Of a DNA stretch of 64,000 nt, positions 49,099 through 58,261 are shown piece after piece. Position numbers and translations under genes: made by a program. Each line of letters begins with the position of its first letter. The first letter of the stretch is position 1. The DNA comes from an uncultured delta proteobacterium (lineage in GTDB: Bacteria > Desulfobacterota > Syntrophia > Syntrophales > UBA2185), in contig CAVSPA010000006.1 of NCBI GenBank assembly GCA_963729715.1, forward strand, positions 416,001-480,000. Direction: 5' to 3'. The notes under the pieces are model-generated. The model saw nothing but the letters and a program-made list of their open reading frames with translations. It did no database searches and was not told the origin of the DNA.

Positions 49099-49827
49099 AT
49101 GGCTGGAAAAGTGCGCAGGAAGAATACAGTTTTAATTCTTATCATAATCGCGGCGTTTTCTCTTTCCGGATGCGGCTTATGGACTCATATTACGCATCTG
49201 TGGGAGAAGCCTGACAATACAAGGGGCACCGCGGATCAGCTTTATCAGAAGGGATATGACGCGTATCAGGATGGCTGGTACAAAAGGGCAATTGAATATT
49301 TTCAGAAAGTGCGGGATCAGTATCCGCTCAGTAAGCTTGCCCTTCTTGCGGAGCTGGGGATTGCCGATTCACATTTCAGCGACGAGGAATATGGTGAGGC
49401 CGAGCTCGCCTACAATGATTTTATAAACCTCCATCCCACGAACGAGAACTTGCCTTACGTGATTTATCAGCTTGGCATGTGCCACTATAAGCAGATGTAC
49501 AGTATAGACCGTGACCAGACCGAGACAAGCAAAGCCATAAAAGAATTTGAAAGACTTATTGCACGCTTTCCGGGCAGTAAATTTTCCTTAATGGCGGAGA
49601 AGACCCTGCGGGAATGCAAGAGGAATCTTGCAGAAAACGAATTTTACGTAGGTCACTTCTACTTCAAGAAAAAGCAGTATAAATCAGCCCTGAAAAGATT
49701 TGAGACTGTTGCAAAAAAATATGCAAATCTTGGTTTGGACTACAAGGTATCTTACTTCCTGAGAGAAACAAAGAAGCGCATTGCCGAGGAAGAGGCGAGC
49801 AAGAAGGAATCAAATAAAACCAAATAA
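49099..49827 (+). CDS. bamD: Outer membrane protein assembly factor BamD
   Basis: Lipobox LSGC, TPRs, FINLHP, DRDQT and EFYVGHFY. Confidence 0.92.
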   Translation: MAGKVRRKNTVLILIIIAAFSLSGCGLWTHITHLWEKPDNTRGTADQLYQKGYDAYQDGWYKRAIEYFQKVRDQYPLSKLALLAELGIADSHFSDEEYGEAELAYNDFINLHPTNENLPYVIYQLGMCHYKQMYSIDRDQTETSKAIKEFERLIARFPGSKFSLMAEKTLRECKRNLAENEFYVGHFYFKKKQYKSALKRFETVAKKYANLGLDYKVSYFLRETKKRIAEEEASKKESNKTK

Positions 49828-49875
49828 TCAACCGAGAGTGAAAATGGAAGAAGGCGAGGAGCCCTGTCCTTGCGA

Positions 49876-51510
49876 TCATGACTTCATGGAGAAGCCCTTT
49901 ATTTTTTTTAGCGCCCTGTATGTGCACTCGTCCGGTGTCAGTGAGGCATCGAGGACGATATGTAAGCCTTCAGGTACTTCAGTGATCCTGTCGAAGGTTT
50001 CTTTTTGTTTCAGGTAAATTTCCCAGCGCCCGTCAGAAGCCTCTCCCTTATCGGACGTCCGCATATCGAGCCTCTCCCTGACAATATTCTCCGGGCATAT
50101 ACACTCGATGATGAAGAAATCAGCCTTTAGCTTTTCTGCCGCAGCAAGGGCTCTTTGACGATGAGCGCGACTCTTGAATGATGCGTCGATGATAACCGAT
50201 TTTCCCTCTGTCAGTTTGTCTGATGAAAGCTCGATGACCCTGTCATAGGTCTTCCACGTAACTTCTTCCCTATATATGCCTCTGCCGAAGGCTTCGCGAT
50301 GTCTTTCCGCAGGCGCCATGTGCAACATCTCTTTTCTCAGGATATCGGTGCGAATGATTTCCGCACCGATGCGGGGGGCAAGGGAGGCGGCGCGGACGCT
50401 CTTTCCTGTTCCCGTAAGTCCCGCCATCAGGATTAGCGTCGGTTTTTCCAATCTCGCCGAATACGTGTAGGCGAGATCGAAATACCTCGACGCCGCACTT
50501 ATTTCTTCCTCACGATCTTGCGGGGTGATGGAGCTCTCACTTAGCCGGAAACTTATGACCTTGCCCCGCACATAGGCGTAGTAGCATTTATAGAAATTCT
50601 GCAGGCCTCCGATCTCACGATCATCTGAATGTCCGATATAGGCCGATACAAAAGTATCTGCATAGCTGGCGTATCCGTTATAATCGAGGTCCATGGCCAA
50701 AAATGCCACTTCCGAGGCGACATCCTCATAACGGAACCTTTCGTTGAATTCGATGCAATCAAATATGATGATGTCGTCCGGACTATAATTATTGCTCGAT
50801 CCCTTCGCTTCGTAAAGCCGTATGCCGGAGTCTTTAATGCAGATGTGGTCAAGGTGCAGGTCACCATGGCAGTCCCTGATCTTATGGTCTTGCACTCTTT
50901 TCATGAGAATATCCTGATGCCTGTCCATGAAATCGTATGCGTAATATTTTATGAAGCGGTACTGATATTCCGGAATGGCTATATTTATGTAGTTTCGTGT
51001 CTCTTCAAAATTTTCATCGTGGTTCCTGTGTATCGTTTCGACACCCCCGATTTCATCGATGTTGCCGCCTGTGGCAGCATGCGCGTGGAAATCAGAGAGC
51101 TTCCTCGCAACGGCGTCCATAATAGGGCGGTCAATTTTCCCCTGTTGCAGCAGCGTTTTGAGCATCCTGTTCTGGGGCAGCTTCTTCATGAGGACGGCGT
51201 AATCGACGACGCGTTCTCCTTTTCCCAGCACTATGTTGCCGCTCGCATCTTCACTGATCTCGAGGACGTCCAGATACACATCCGGGGCAAGCCTCCTGTT
51301 CAATCGGAGCTCTTCGTTGCAGTAAAATCTTCTCCTTTCGATTGTGGTAAAATCAAGAAAGTCGAAATCAACGGCCTTCTTGATCTTATAGACGTAATCT
51401 CCGGCGAGGAAAATATAGGATATGTGGGTCTGGATTAATTCGATATGTTCCGGCCGGTGGGGATAGAATTCCGGCCGGAACATAGCTTGAACGAGTTTTG
51501 GATGAGTCAT
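49876..51510 (-). CDS. Bifunctional aminoglycoside phosphotransferase-like kinase / AAA_33 P-loop protein
   Basis: THIS, YKIKK, ELRLNRRLAP, CHGDLHL, DCIEFN and P-loop GLTGTGKS. Confidence 0.9.
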   Translation of the reverse strand: MTHPKLVQAMFRPEFYPHRPEHIELIQTHISYIFLAGDYVYKIKKAVDFDFLDFTTIERRRFYCNEELRLNRRLAPDVYLDVLEISEDASGNIVLGKGERVVDYAVLMKKLPQNRMLKTLLQQGKIDRPIMDAVARKLSDFHAHAATGGNIDEIGGVETIHRNHDENFEETRNYINIAIPEYQYRFIKYYAYDFMDRHQDILMKRVQDHKIRDCHGDLHLDHICIKDSGIRLYEAKGSSNNYSPDDIIIFDCIEFNERFRYEDVASEVAFLAMDLDYNGYASYADTFVSAYIGHSDDREIGGLQNFYKCYYAYVRGKVISFRLSESSITPQDREEEISAASRYFDLAYTYSARLEKPTLILMAGLTGTGKSVRAASLAPRIGAEIIRTDILRKEMLHMAPAERHREAFGRGIYREEVTWKTYDRVIELSSDKLTEGKSVIIDASFKSRAHRQRALAAAEKLKADFFIIECICPENIVRERLDMRTSDKGEASDGRWEIYLKQKETFDRITEVPEGLHIVLDASLTPDECTYRALKKIKGFSMKS

Positions 51511-51514
51511 CTCG

Positions 51515-52864
51515 TTAGATAATACCCTTGCCTCCGAGCTCTTTGAGTTTCACTGGACCATATCCAAAATACTTGAGGTATATGAAGCCGTTGTCGTAGC
51601 CGACGGGTCGACATGCCCATTTTGTCCTTGGTGGAGTTTCCGTTGACTTCCATTGCGCCTGGGCGCAAAGAACAGAACCGTACACGGGATCCTGAACCGG
51701 TGTGAACATGCCCCGGTCCAGCCAGTTTTCATCTTGCATCGCCTTCCACGGCGATACGATCTCCGCGACGACAGGGGTGATGGGCGCCAGCCTACCGGCT
51801 TTTGCATATTCGATAGATTTTTTTGTGAGCTCTTCACTTGTGTATTGTGCAGTCAGCGGATCGATCATAGACTGATACTTGAGTTGCCAGTCCTTTTTCA
51901 TGAAAGGTGCGAGAGTCGTCCATTCATCAGCTTTCCACTCGTCGTATTTTCCCATCATATCCACGAAGGCCTTCCACATCTCGAGGCGGAGACCTCCGAG
52001 GAAGACGCCGCCGTCCTTGGTCGGATAAAAACCATACAGCCATAAAGCCGTATCGAGGCTGCCGAAGCGCTCATTGACGACACCGGCCTCGCCGTACCAC
52101 ATGAGCTGATAATCGTTCAGGCGGCCGTAGGCTTCGGGCGTGGATACGTCAATTGCCTGGCCTTCGCCTGTAATGTCTCTATAATAAAGGGCCGCGAGGA
52201 TTCCCATGGCCGCGAAAGTGCCGGAAGCCGCCCATGCGATCCATGGCCCCGCCTTTGTGGGAACGGCATGTGGCATGTCCTTTACGGTTTTTCCTTCAGG
52301 CAGTACCTCGCCCGTCGCATACTGTATGCTGGAGCGTGCCTGAGAAACGTTATCATAGTCATACTGCTTTCTCTTGCTCTCCGGGCCAAACTGGCCGAAG
52401 GTGGAAATCGACGCAAAGATGAGGCGGGGATTAATCTCTGAAAGGGCCTCGTAGCCGATTCCCCACTTCTCCATAGTCCCTGCCGGATACGTCTCGATAA
52501 GCACATCCGCCTGAGCGGCAAGGGATTTAAGTATGTCTCTCCCTTCTTCCGTCTCCAGGTTCAGTGTTATATGGTACTTGTTTCGCCCTTCCTGGAGATA
52601 CGCGAGCCCTGTATCCTTCACCATAATCCCGTTGGGGGAGTAGGTTCTGACCAGGTCGCCTCCCGGTGGTTCGATGCGAATAGTCTCCGCGCCGAGCTCT
52701 GACAGCATGGAAGAACAGAAGCATCCTGCCATGCTCCGCGAACTCAAATCAATTACGACGAGATCATCCAAGGCCTCGGGTTTTTCAAAGTTCTGTGCGG
52801 GATCATCCAGTGACTTGATATTGTCCGCCCATGCCGCCCATTTTGCTCTCTTGTAGTCTGCCAT
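51515..52864 (-). CDS. Family III (CaiB/BaiF) CoA-transferase subunit, probably non-catalytic
   Basis: LGAETIRIEPPGGD, RNKY, ADVLIE, INPRLI and FGQFGP. Trp stands where the partner has the catalytic Asp. Confidence 0.9.
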   Translation of the reverse strand: MADYKRAKWAAWADNIKSLDDPAQNFEKPEALDDLVVIDLSSRSMAGCFCSSMLSELGAETIRIEPPGGDLVRTYSPNGIMVKDTGLAYLQEGRNKYHITLNLETEEGRDILKSLAAQADVLIETYPAGTMEKWGIGYEALSEINPRLIFASISTFGQFGPESKRKQYDYDNVSQARSSIQYATGEVLPEGKTVKDMPHAVPTKAGPWIAWAASGTFAAMGILAALYYRDITGEGQAIDVSTPEAYGRLNDYQLMWYGEAGVVNERFGSLDTALWLYGFYPTKDGGVFLGGLRLEMWKAFVDMMGKYDEWKADEWTTLAPFMKKDWQLKYQSMIDPLTAQYTSEELTKKSIEYAKAGRLAPITPVVAEIVSPWKAMQDENWLDRGMFTPVQDPVYGSVLCAQAQWKSTETPPRTKWACRPVGYDNGFIYLKYFGYGPVKLKELGGKGII

Positions 52865-52870
52865 GTTTCA

Positions 52871-54199
52871 TCACCTCCTTAATATAGCGCCGGATTGCCC
52901 GTCCCAATCAGGGGGCGGTCTGCGGCCTTGCTGGTCCTTCCATCTTCCCAGTACCCCTTGCGTATATAGTTCGTCCAGTTGGGTCTGGTTTCTGCCTAGG
53001 ATCTTGGTCATGATAAAGTCATTATCAAAACCCACGGGCCTTACGGTCCAGCGGTGTTTGGGAGGTGTCTTGGACATCATTATGGGAATTTCGTGATCGA
53101 CAAACTTTCCGTACATGGGGTCGTCAATCTCCTTGATGAAGCCCCGATCCCTGCGGTGTGGATCTTCGAATTCGTCTTTCGAGCTATGAAGCCGGGTAGC
53201 GGCAAAACCGTGTTTCTTTCCCAGGTTCTCAATCTGGTCGGCTGTCTTGGTTACTGCCCAGCCGGCGATGATCTTGAGTATTGCCATCGCATTTTCATCC
53301 TTGAGCCGGGTCGTGTGATCCTTGAAGCGGGCATCGTCAGCCAGCTCCGGCTTAGCCATGGCCGAGCATAAACCCTTGAACTCATCCGGGGCCGGCGCGG
53401 CAAGGGCGGCAAAATTACCATCTTTACAAAGGAACGTATCGGCAGGGCAGATGCACTGATCCCTGTTTCCCGATGGTTCCGCCCCCTTGCCTGTCACTTG
53501 CTGATAGGGCCAGATCCACCCCATGGTACGCATGATATTCTCGGTTTGTGACATTTCTATATACTGTCCCCTGCCGGTCCTTTTCCTGTGATGGAGGGCC
53601 GCGAGCACGGCAACTTCACCCATTATGGCACCGTATACGTCGCAGATCCAGATGCCCTGCTTGAGCGGAGGCCTCTTGGAAAAACTTGACATCCAAGCAT
53701 AGCCCGAGAGCGCCTGTGCCGCGCCATCGTTGGACGGCCGGTCCTCCTCGGCGTAACGGCCCCACTGGCCGAATCCGTTTTTCTCAAGGTAAATAATGCC
53801 GGGGTTTACTTTCTTGATATCTTCATAACCGATGTTCCAGCGGTTCGTTACCGCGGGCCGGAGGTTGAACTCGACAATATCAGCTTTGGCACAGAGCTCT
53901 TTAAAGATATTCTGGGCCGTATCCTTGTGCAGGTCCAGGGCCATGTAATATTTGGATGGGTTGATGTGCATGAACATCGGGCCCTGTTCCTTGTAAAACC
54001 ATCCGAAGGGATTCAGGGAACGCGTTACATCTCCCACAGGGGGTAATTCGACCTTGATCACTTCGGCTCCCATTTCGGCCAGAAACGACGGGCCTGCTGG
54101 GCCGAAGAGTAGTGTGCAGACTTCTATTACCCTGATACCTTTCAGGGGCGCTGGTTTTTTTAATTTATTCTTTGCATAGTCTTTGAAGACTCCAGGCAT
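52871..54199 (-). CDS. Family III (CaiB/BaiF) CoA-transferase subunit, probably catalytic
   Basis: PLKGIRV, MGAEVIKVE, VNPGIIY, FGQWG, WICDVYG and TGRGQ. Confidence 0.92.
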   Translation of the reverse strand: MPGVFKDYAKNKLKKPAPLKGIRVIEVCTLLFGPAGPSFLAEMGAEVIKVELPPVGDVTRSLNPFGWFYKEQGPMFMHINPSKYYMALDLHKDTAQNIFKELCAKADIVEFNLRPAVTNRWNIGYEDIKKVNPGIIYLEKNGFGQWGRYAEEDRPSNDGAAQALSGYAWMSSFSKRPPLKQGIWICDVYGAIMGEVAVLAALHHRKRTGRGQYIEMSQTENIMRTMGWIWPYQQVTGKGAEPSGNRDQCICPADTFLCKDGNFAALAAPAPDEFKGLCSAMAKPELADDARFKDHTTRLKDENAMAILKIIAGWAVTKTADQIENLGKKHGFAATRLHSSKDEFEDPHRRDRGFIKEIDDPMYGKFVDHEIPIMMSKTPPKHRWTVRPVGFDNDFIMTKILGRNQTQLDELYTQGVLGRWKDQQGRRPPPDWDGQSGAILRR

Positions 54200-54310
54200 A
54201 CAGTATTCCTCCTTTTAATCCTCAATCTGTAAGCGTAAGTATGTGCGTGCCATAAGATATGCACAATTGTTCCTCATCTCATGTTAGTCTTATTCTTTCC
54301 ATCACCCCCT

Positions 54311-55339
54311 TTAACTCCTCTGGCCGCTCAATTGGCCGCATGCTGCCAGGATATCGCTTCCCTTACTCGCCCGGATGATGGCCGTGTAATGGTGGTCGAG
54401 GAGAACCTGCTGAAATGCCCTCATTTCATCGAGAGAAGGCGCTCTGAAAATTGAACCGGGAAATTCATTGAAAGCGATCAGGTTAAGCTTGCATCGCATC
54501 CCTCTTAGGAGACGCGCCAGTTTTTCCGCACTATCCGGTGAAGAATTCATGCCGGCAATAAGAATGTATTCGAATGTGAGCATTCTTCGCCCCGGCATGG
54601 GATAATTCCTGCATGCATCAAGCAGTGCTGCTATGGGATATTTTTTGTTGATCGGCATGAGACGGCTTCTTGTGATATCGTCCGGAGCATTCAGAGAAAT
54701 GGCCAGATTGACGCAGATGTCTTTACCGAGCTGCTCGATCATGGGCGCAATCCCGCAGGTCGATACGGTGATTTTCCTGTGGGAAAAACCGAATCCGATC
54801 TCGGAGGTGATGATCCCGATTGCTTTGATGGTATTCTCATAATTGGCCAGCGGCTCCCCCATTCCCATCATGACTATGTTCTTAATATTTTCTCCCTCCG
54901 GCATGTCGGACCGGAGCCTTGTTATCTGTCCCGTTATCTCCGAAGGAAGGAGATTTCTTCTGAATCCCTGCCTGCCGGTCATACAGAACGCACACCCCAT
55001 CTGACAACCGACCTGGGTGGAGACGCAGACCGTCCAGTGATTCTTTCCGGGGATGAGGACACTTTCAATAAAAAGACCGTCCTCGAGCTCGAAGACGATC
55101 TTTTTCGTGCCGTCTTTTGATACCTGTGTTTTTACAATCTCCGGCAGGGCGATCCTTGCCGCGTCACTTATTTCATTCCGGAACGCCTTGGAAAGGTCTG
55201 TCATGTCCTCAAAGGATCCGGCATTCACTTGGTAAAGCCACTTCATGATCTGCCTTGCGCGGTATTTTTCCTTGCCAAATCTCGAGATAAAGATCTCAAG
55301 CTCGGACAGGGACATGTCTTTCAGGTTCGGCTTAACCAA
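54311..55339 (-). CDS. rlmN: Dual-specificity RNA methyltransferase RlmN
   Basis: CVSTQVGCQMGCAFCMTG, MGMGEP, SLN, EYIL and AACGQL. Start uncertain (55372, 55339 or 55315). Confidence 0.95.
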   Translation of the reverse strand: MVKPNLKDMSLSELEIFISRFGKEKYRARQIMKWLYQVNAGSFEDMTDLSKAFRNEISDAARIALPEIVKTQVSKDGTKKIVFELEDGLFIESVLIPGKNHWTVCVSTQVGCQMGCAFCMTGRQGFRRNLLPSEITGQITRLRSDMPEGENIKNIVMMGMGEPLANYENTIKAIGIITSEIGFGFSHRKITVSTCGIAPMIEQLGKDICVNLAISLNAPDDITRSRLMPINKKYPIAALLDACRNYPMPGRRMLTFEYILIAGMNSSPDSAEKLARLLRGMRCKLNLIAFNEFPGSIFRAPSLDEMRAFQQVLLDHHYTAIIRASKGSDILAACGQLSGQRS

Positions 55340-56552
55340 ATAATTTCTTTCTGAGAGTTTTGGCGATTGCATCGATGAATGCTTCCGTATTTACCTTTCT
55401 GTTTTTTGGGCTCGGTCTGGCAACCGAGAGGAGATCGCCTGTCATGACCCCGGATGCCACAGTGGAAAGAGCGGCATTTTCAAGTTTGTCCGCAAACGAA
55501 CCTACTTCAGGAGTCGCATCAAGCTCAGCGCGCTTGCGTAAGCACCCCGACCAGGCAAAAATAATCGCCATGGGGTTTGTGGATGTCTCTTCGCCGCGGA
55601 GATATTTATAATAGTGTTTCTGCACTGTGCCGTGAGCCGCTTCATACTCGATATGCCCATGAGGAGAAACGAGGACGGAGGTCATCATGGCCAAACTGCC
55701 GTTCGCCGATGCTATCATATCGGACATGACGTCTCCGTCGTAGTTCTTGAGAGCCCACAGCAGGCCGCCCTCGGACTTCATGATGCGGGCCGCAGCGTCA
55801 TCGATGAGTGTATAGAAATACGAGATACCCACCCGAGCGAATTTTTCCTTCCAGTTCTCTATATACTCCTTCTCAAATATATTCCTGAAGCGGCCATCGT
55901 ATATCTGAGAGATGGTATCCTTGCTGCTGAACCAGAGATCAATTTTTTGATCAAGGGCATACATGAAGCATACCTTTGCAAAGCTTTCTATCGATTCGTC
56001 GGTATTGTACATGCCCTGGATAATCCCCGGCCCTGCAAATTTCCCAATGGTCCGCCTGACGGGTGAGCCGCCTCCTGCCGGAGTAAAAAGAAGCTCTGCC
56101 TTACCGGGTGCGTCAACCCGCATCTCCGTATTGCTGTAAACATCGCCATGGGCGTGCCTCCCAATAGTGATGGGTTTCTTCCACGCGGATACGGATGGCC
56201 GGATATTCTTCACCACGATTGATTTTCTGAAAACAGTTCCGTCCAGCATTTCCCTGATTGTTGCATTGGGGCTCTTCCAGAGTTTCTTGAGATTGTATTC
56301 TTTGGCCCTTTCTTCATTCGCTGTGATAGTCGCGCACTTGACGCCCACACCATGCCTGATTACGCCTGTCGCTGCGTCTCGCGTGACACGGTCATCCGTC
56401 GCATCCCGATTCTTGATGTGGAGGTCGTAATATTCGACGTCCATGGAAAGATAGGGAAGAAGGAGCTTGCCCTTAACCAGCTTCCACATGATTCTCGCCA
56501 TCTCGTCACCGTCCATCTCCACGATTGTGGATCGGACTCTTATCTTATCCAT
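55332..56552 (-). CDS. icd: NADP-dependent isocitrate dehydrogenase (type II)
   Basis: MDGDEM, KCATIT, WKSPNATIR, GRHA, KNYDGDV and EAAHGTV. The start could be up to 56600. Confidence 0.95.
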   Translation of the reverse strand: MDKIRVRSTIVEMDGDEMARIMWKLVKGKLLLPYLSMDVEYYDLHIKNRDATDDRVTRDAATGVIRHGVGVKCATITANEERAKEYNLKKLWKSPNATIREMLDGTVFRKSIVVKNIRPSVSAWKKPITIGRHAHGDVYSNTEMRVDAPGKAELLFTPAGGGSPVRRTIGKFAGPGIIQGMYNTDESIESFAKVCFMYALDQKIDLWFSSKDTISQIYDGRFRNIFEKEYIENWKEKFARVGISYFYTLIDDAAARIMKSEGGLLWALKNYDGDVMSDMIASANGSLAMMTSVLVSPHGHIEYEAAHGTVQKHYYKYLRGEETSTNPMAIIFAWSGCLRKRAELDATPEVGSFADKLENAALSTVASGVMTGDLLSVARPSPKNRKVNTEAFIDAIAKTLRKKLFG

Positions 56553-56728
56553 TGAGGGAAGCGCTTTTCTGACTGACGATTTCATGCTTTTTTCTATCAT
56601 AAAGTAGGTGGACTGTCTACAGGAGTCCGCTTGTATTTTGGCTTTTTATATGGAGGGGATATTTTGATTCCCGTGCCTAATGGTGATGCGCCACACCTTC
56701 ATTTCTGCATACGCCGGCAATCCTGCGC

Positions 56729-58216
56729 TCAGAAGATATTCTTCTGCCCGGAAAGCCAATCCTTTATTGTTATTGTTGCCGTGCAATCGTCCTCATTGTA
56801 ATCAATAACAGCCTGGATTTTATCCCGGTATCCATCCGGATCAGTCTGGTATTTGAGATAGTAGGCTATGGCGTCGAGTGCATTGATATCGCCGTGTCGC
56901 CACTTGAAGCGGAGGTAAGCAGCTATATCCTTGAGTCCGTTTGTGTAGGTAGGAAAAGCGAAGGCGCGAGTGGCGATCCTGTGGAGGTCAACCATGTGGG
57001 ATAAGGCTAACGCATCGGCCTCCTCCACAAGGTTATGCCTCTGGGAAAGGCGCTTCATGTGCCAGTGTTCGTAATTGTGCCAGTGGTAGATGACGTAATC
57101 ATTATACTCCTTCAGAAAGGACATAAAGGCACAAAACATTTTTCGCTCGTCCCCAAGCTTGTGGGCAATGAATGGATGGTACTCATTTCCGCCCCCCGTA
57201 CGAACAATAACGCCAATGAGATAATCAACGGCATCTGTCGCGCCTTCGAGATCCGGCTCATCGGTTCCCTCCATGTCCAGGAATATTTCAGTGGACTTTG
57301 CGGGGAAATCGAGGCCCGAGAGGTCGACGGGAATTGGTTCATTTTTCATGATGGCCGTGGCATTCAATATCAACTTCTTTGCCGTGGTGTCGCTAATACC
57401 ATCTATAGCCTGCAGGGCTTCATTGCGGGCAGCTGAAATGTCCCACACCTTTTTAAATCCCCGTGAAACCAGTTTCTCCTTCATTCTGGGCCCGACCTGT
57501 CCCACGAGAGAAACGTCTCTCATTCTGATTGCCTCATGGTTGATATATCTTTCCCAGGGCCACTCCGCCGCATTGTAGGTAGCCGTCGGCCTTTCTATGC
57601 CGTCGAGAATTGACTGAGTTCCTCTCAGAGCAATTCGGAGTTCTGTTTCATAGTCGGAGAAGGAATACTGCCGCGTCTTTAAGTCATGGTTAATAATTTT
57701 GAAAGTTCCGGGAAGATGTCCCTGGATCTTTGCGAGTACACACGTATAAAAGGCCGCCTGCAGGATATGTTCCTTCTTGATTTTTTTTGCCTGTTTGATT
57801 TCCGTCACAATATAATGATAATTTCCAAAAACGGAAGGATGGTCATTTCTCCTCTCAAGGATGTCTGGAATCCCCCGCATATTTTCCGGGAGATAAAAGA
57901 GGGGAGGTCCCGAGATGACTTCGGCTCCGCTCGCCATCTCCTCGAGCAGTCTGCGAAACCCCTCCTCAGGCGTCTCATAATGCAATTGCCTGCATGAGGG
58001 GAACGCAGTACCTATGACCCTCAGTTCGTGTTCACGACCCCTCTCGAGAAGCAGTTCACGGTAGGGGCTCATGGAATCCTTTTCTTCTGCGGAGACGAAA
58101 GTCTCGCAATAGATCGTGAAAGGGGAGGTATGATAGAGGGAAACATTCTGCGCCGTAACTCCGCCCTGCAAAGGGCCGTCAAGACAGCGGCGGTAGATTT
58201 CATCAACGCCGGACAT
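56729..58216 (-). CDS. TM0106-family RecB-like nuclease with HhH and C-terminal RNase H-like domain
   Basis: PD-(D/E)xK core GIPDIL..EIK..HILQAAFY. HhH-like GQVGP and DGIS. FLDME..YHW..DL..GLKDIA..YNEDDC. Confidence 0.85.
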   Translation of the reverse strand: MSGVDEIYRRCLDGPLQGGVTAQNVSLYHTSPFTIYCETFVSAEEKDSMSPYRELLLERGREHELRVIGTAFPSCRQLHYETPEEGFRRLLEEMASGAEVISGPPLFYLPENMRGIPDILERRNDHPSVFGNYHYIVTEIKQAKKIKKEHILQAAFYTCVLAKIQGHLPGTFKIINHDLKTRQYSFSDYETELRIALRGTQSILDGIERPTATYNAAEWPWERYINHEAIRMRDVSLVGQVGPRMKEKLVSRGFKKVWDISAARNEALQAIDGISDTTAKKLILNATAIMKNEPIPVDLSGLDFPAKSTEIFLDMEGTDEPDLEGATDAVDYLIGVIVRTGGGNEYHPFIAHKLGDERKMFCAFMSFLKEYNDYVIYHWHNYEHWHMKRLSQRHNLVEEADALALSHMVDLHRIATRAFAFPTYTNGLKDIAAYLRFKWRHGDINALDAIAYYLKYQTDPDGYRDKIQAVIDYNEDDCTATITIKDWLSGQKNIF

Positions 58217-58261
58217 GGCAGTTTCCTTAACCGCTCATAACTTCACGCCACATGGTTAGAT

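Noticed and set aside
54237..54252. Sigma54 promoter for the CoA-transferase pair
   Set aside because: TGGCACG is present on the minus strand but the -12 GC is missing at the correct spacing.
56689..58254. Direct repeat cgccaca flanking the TM0106 gene as a target-site duplication
   Set aside because: A 7-bp match is expected by chance, and no terminal inverted repeats were seen.
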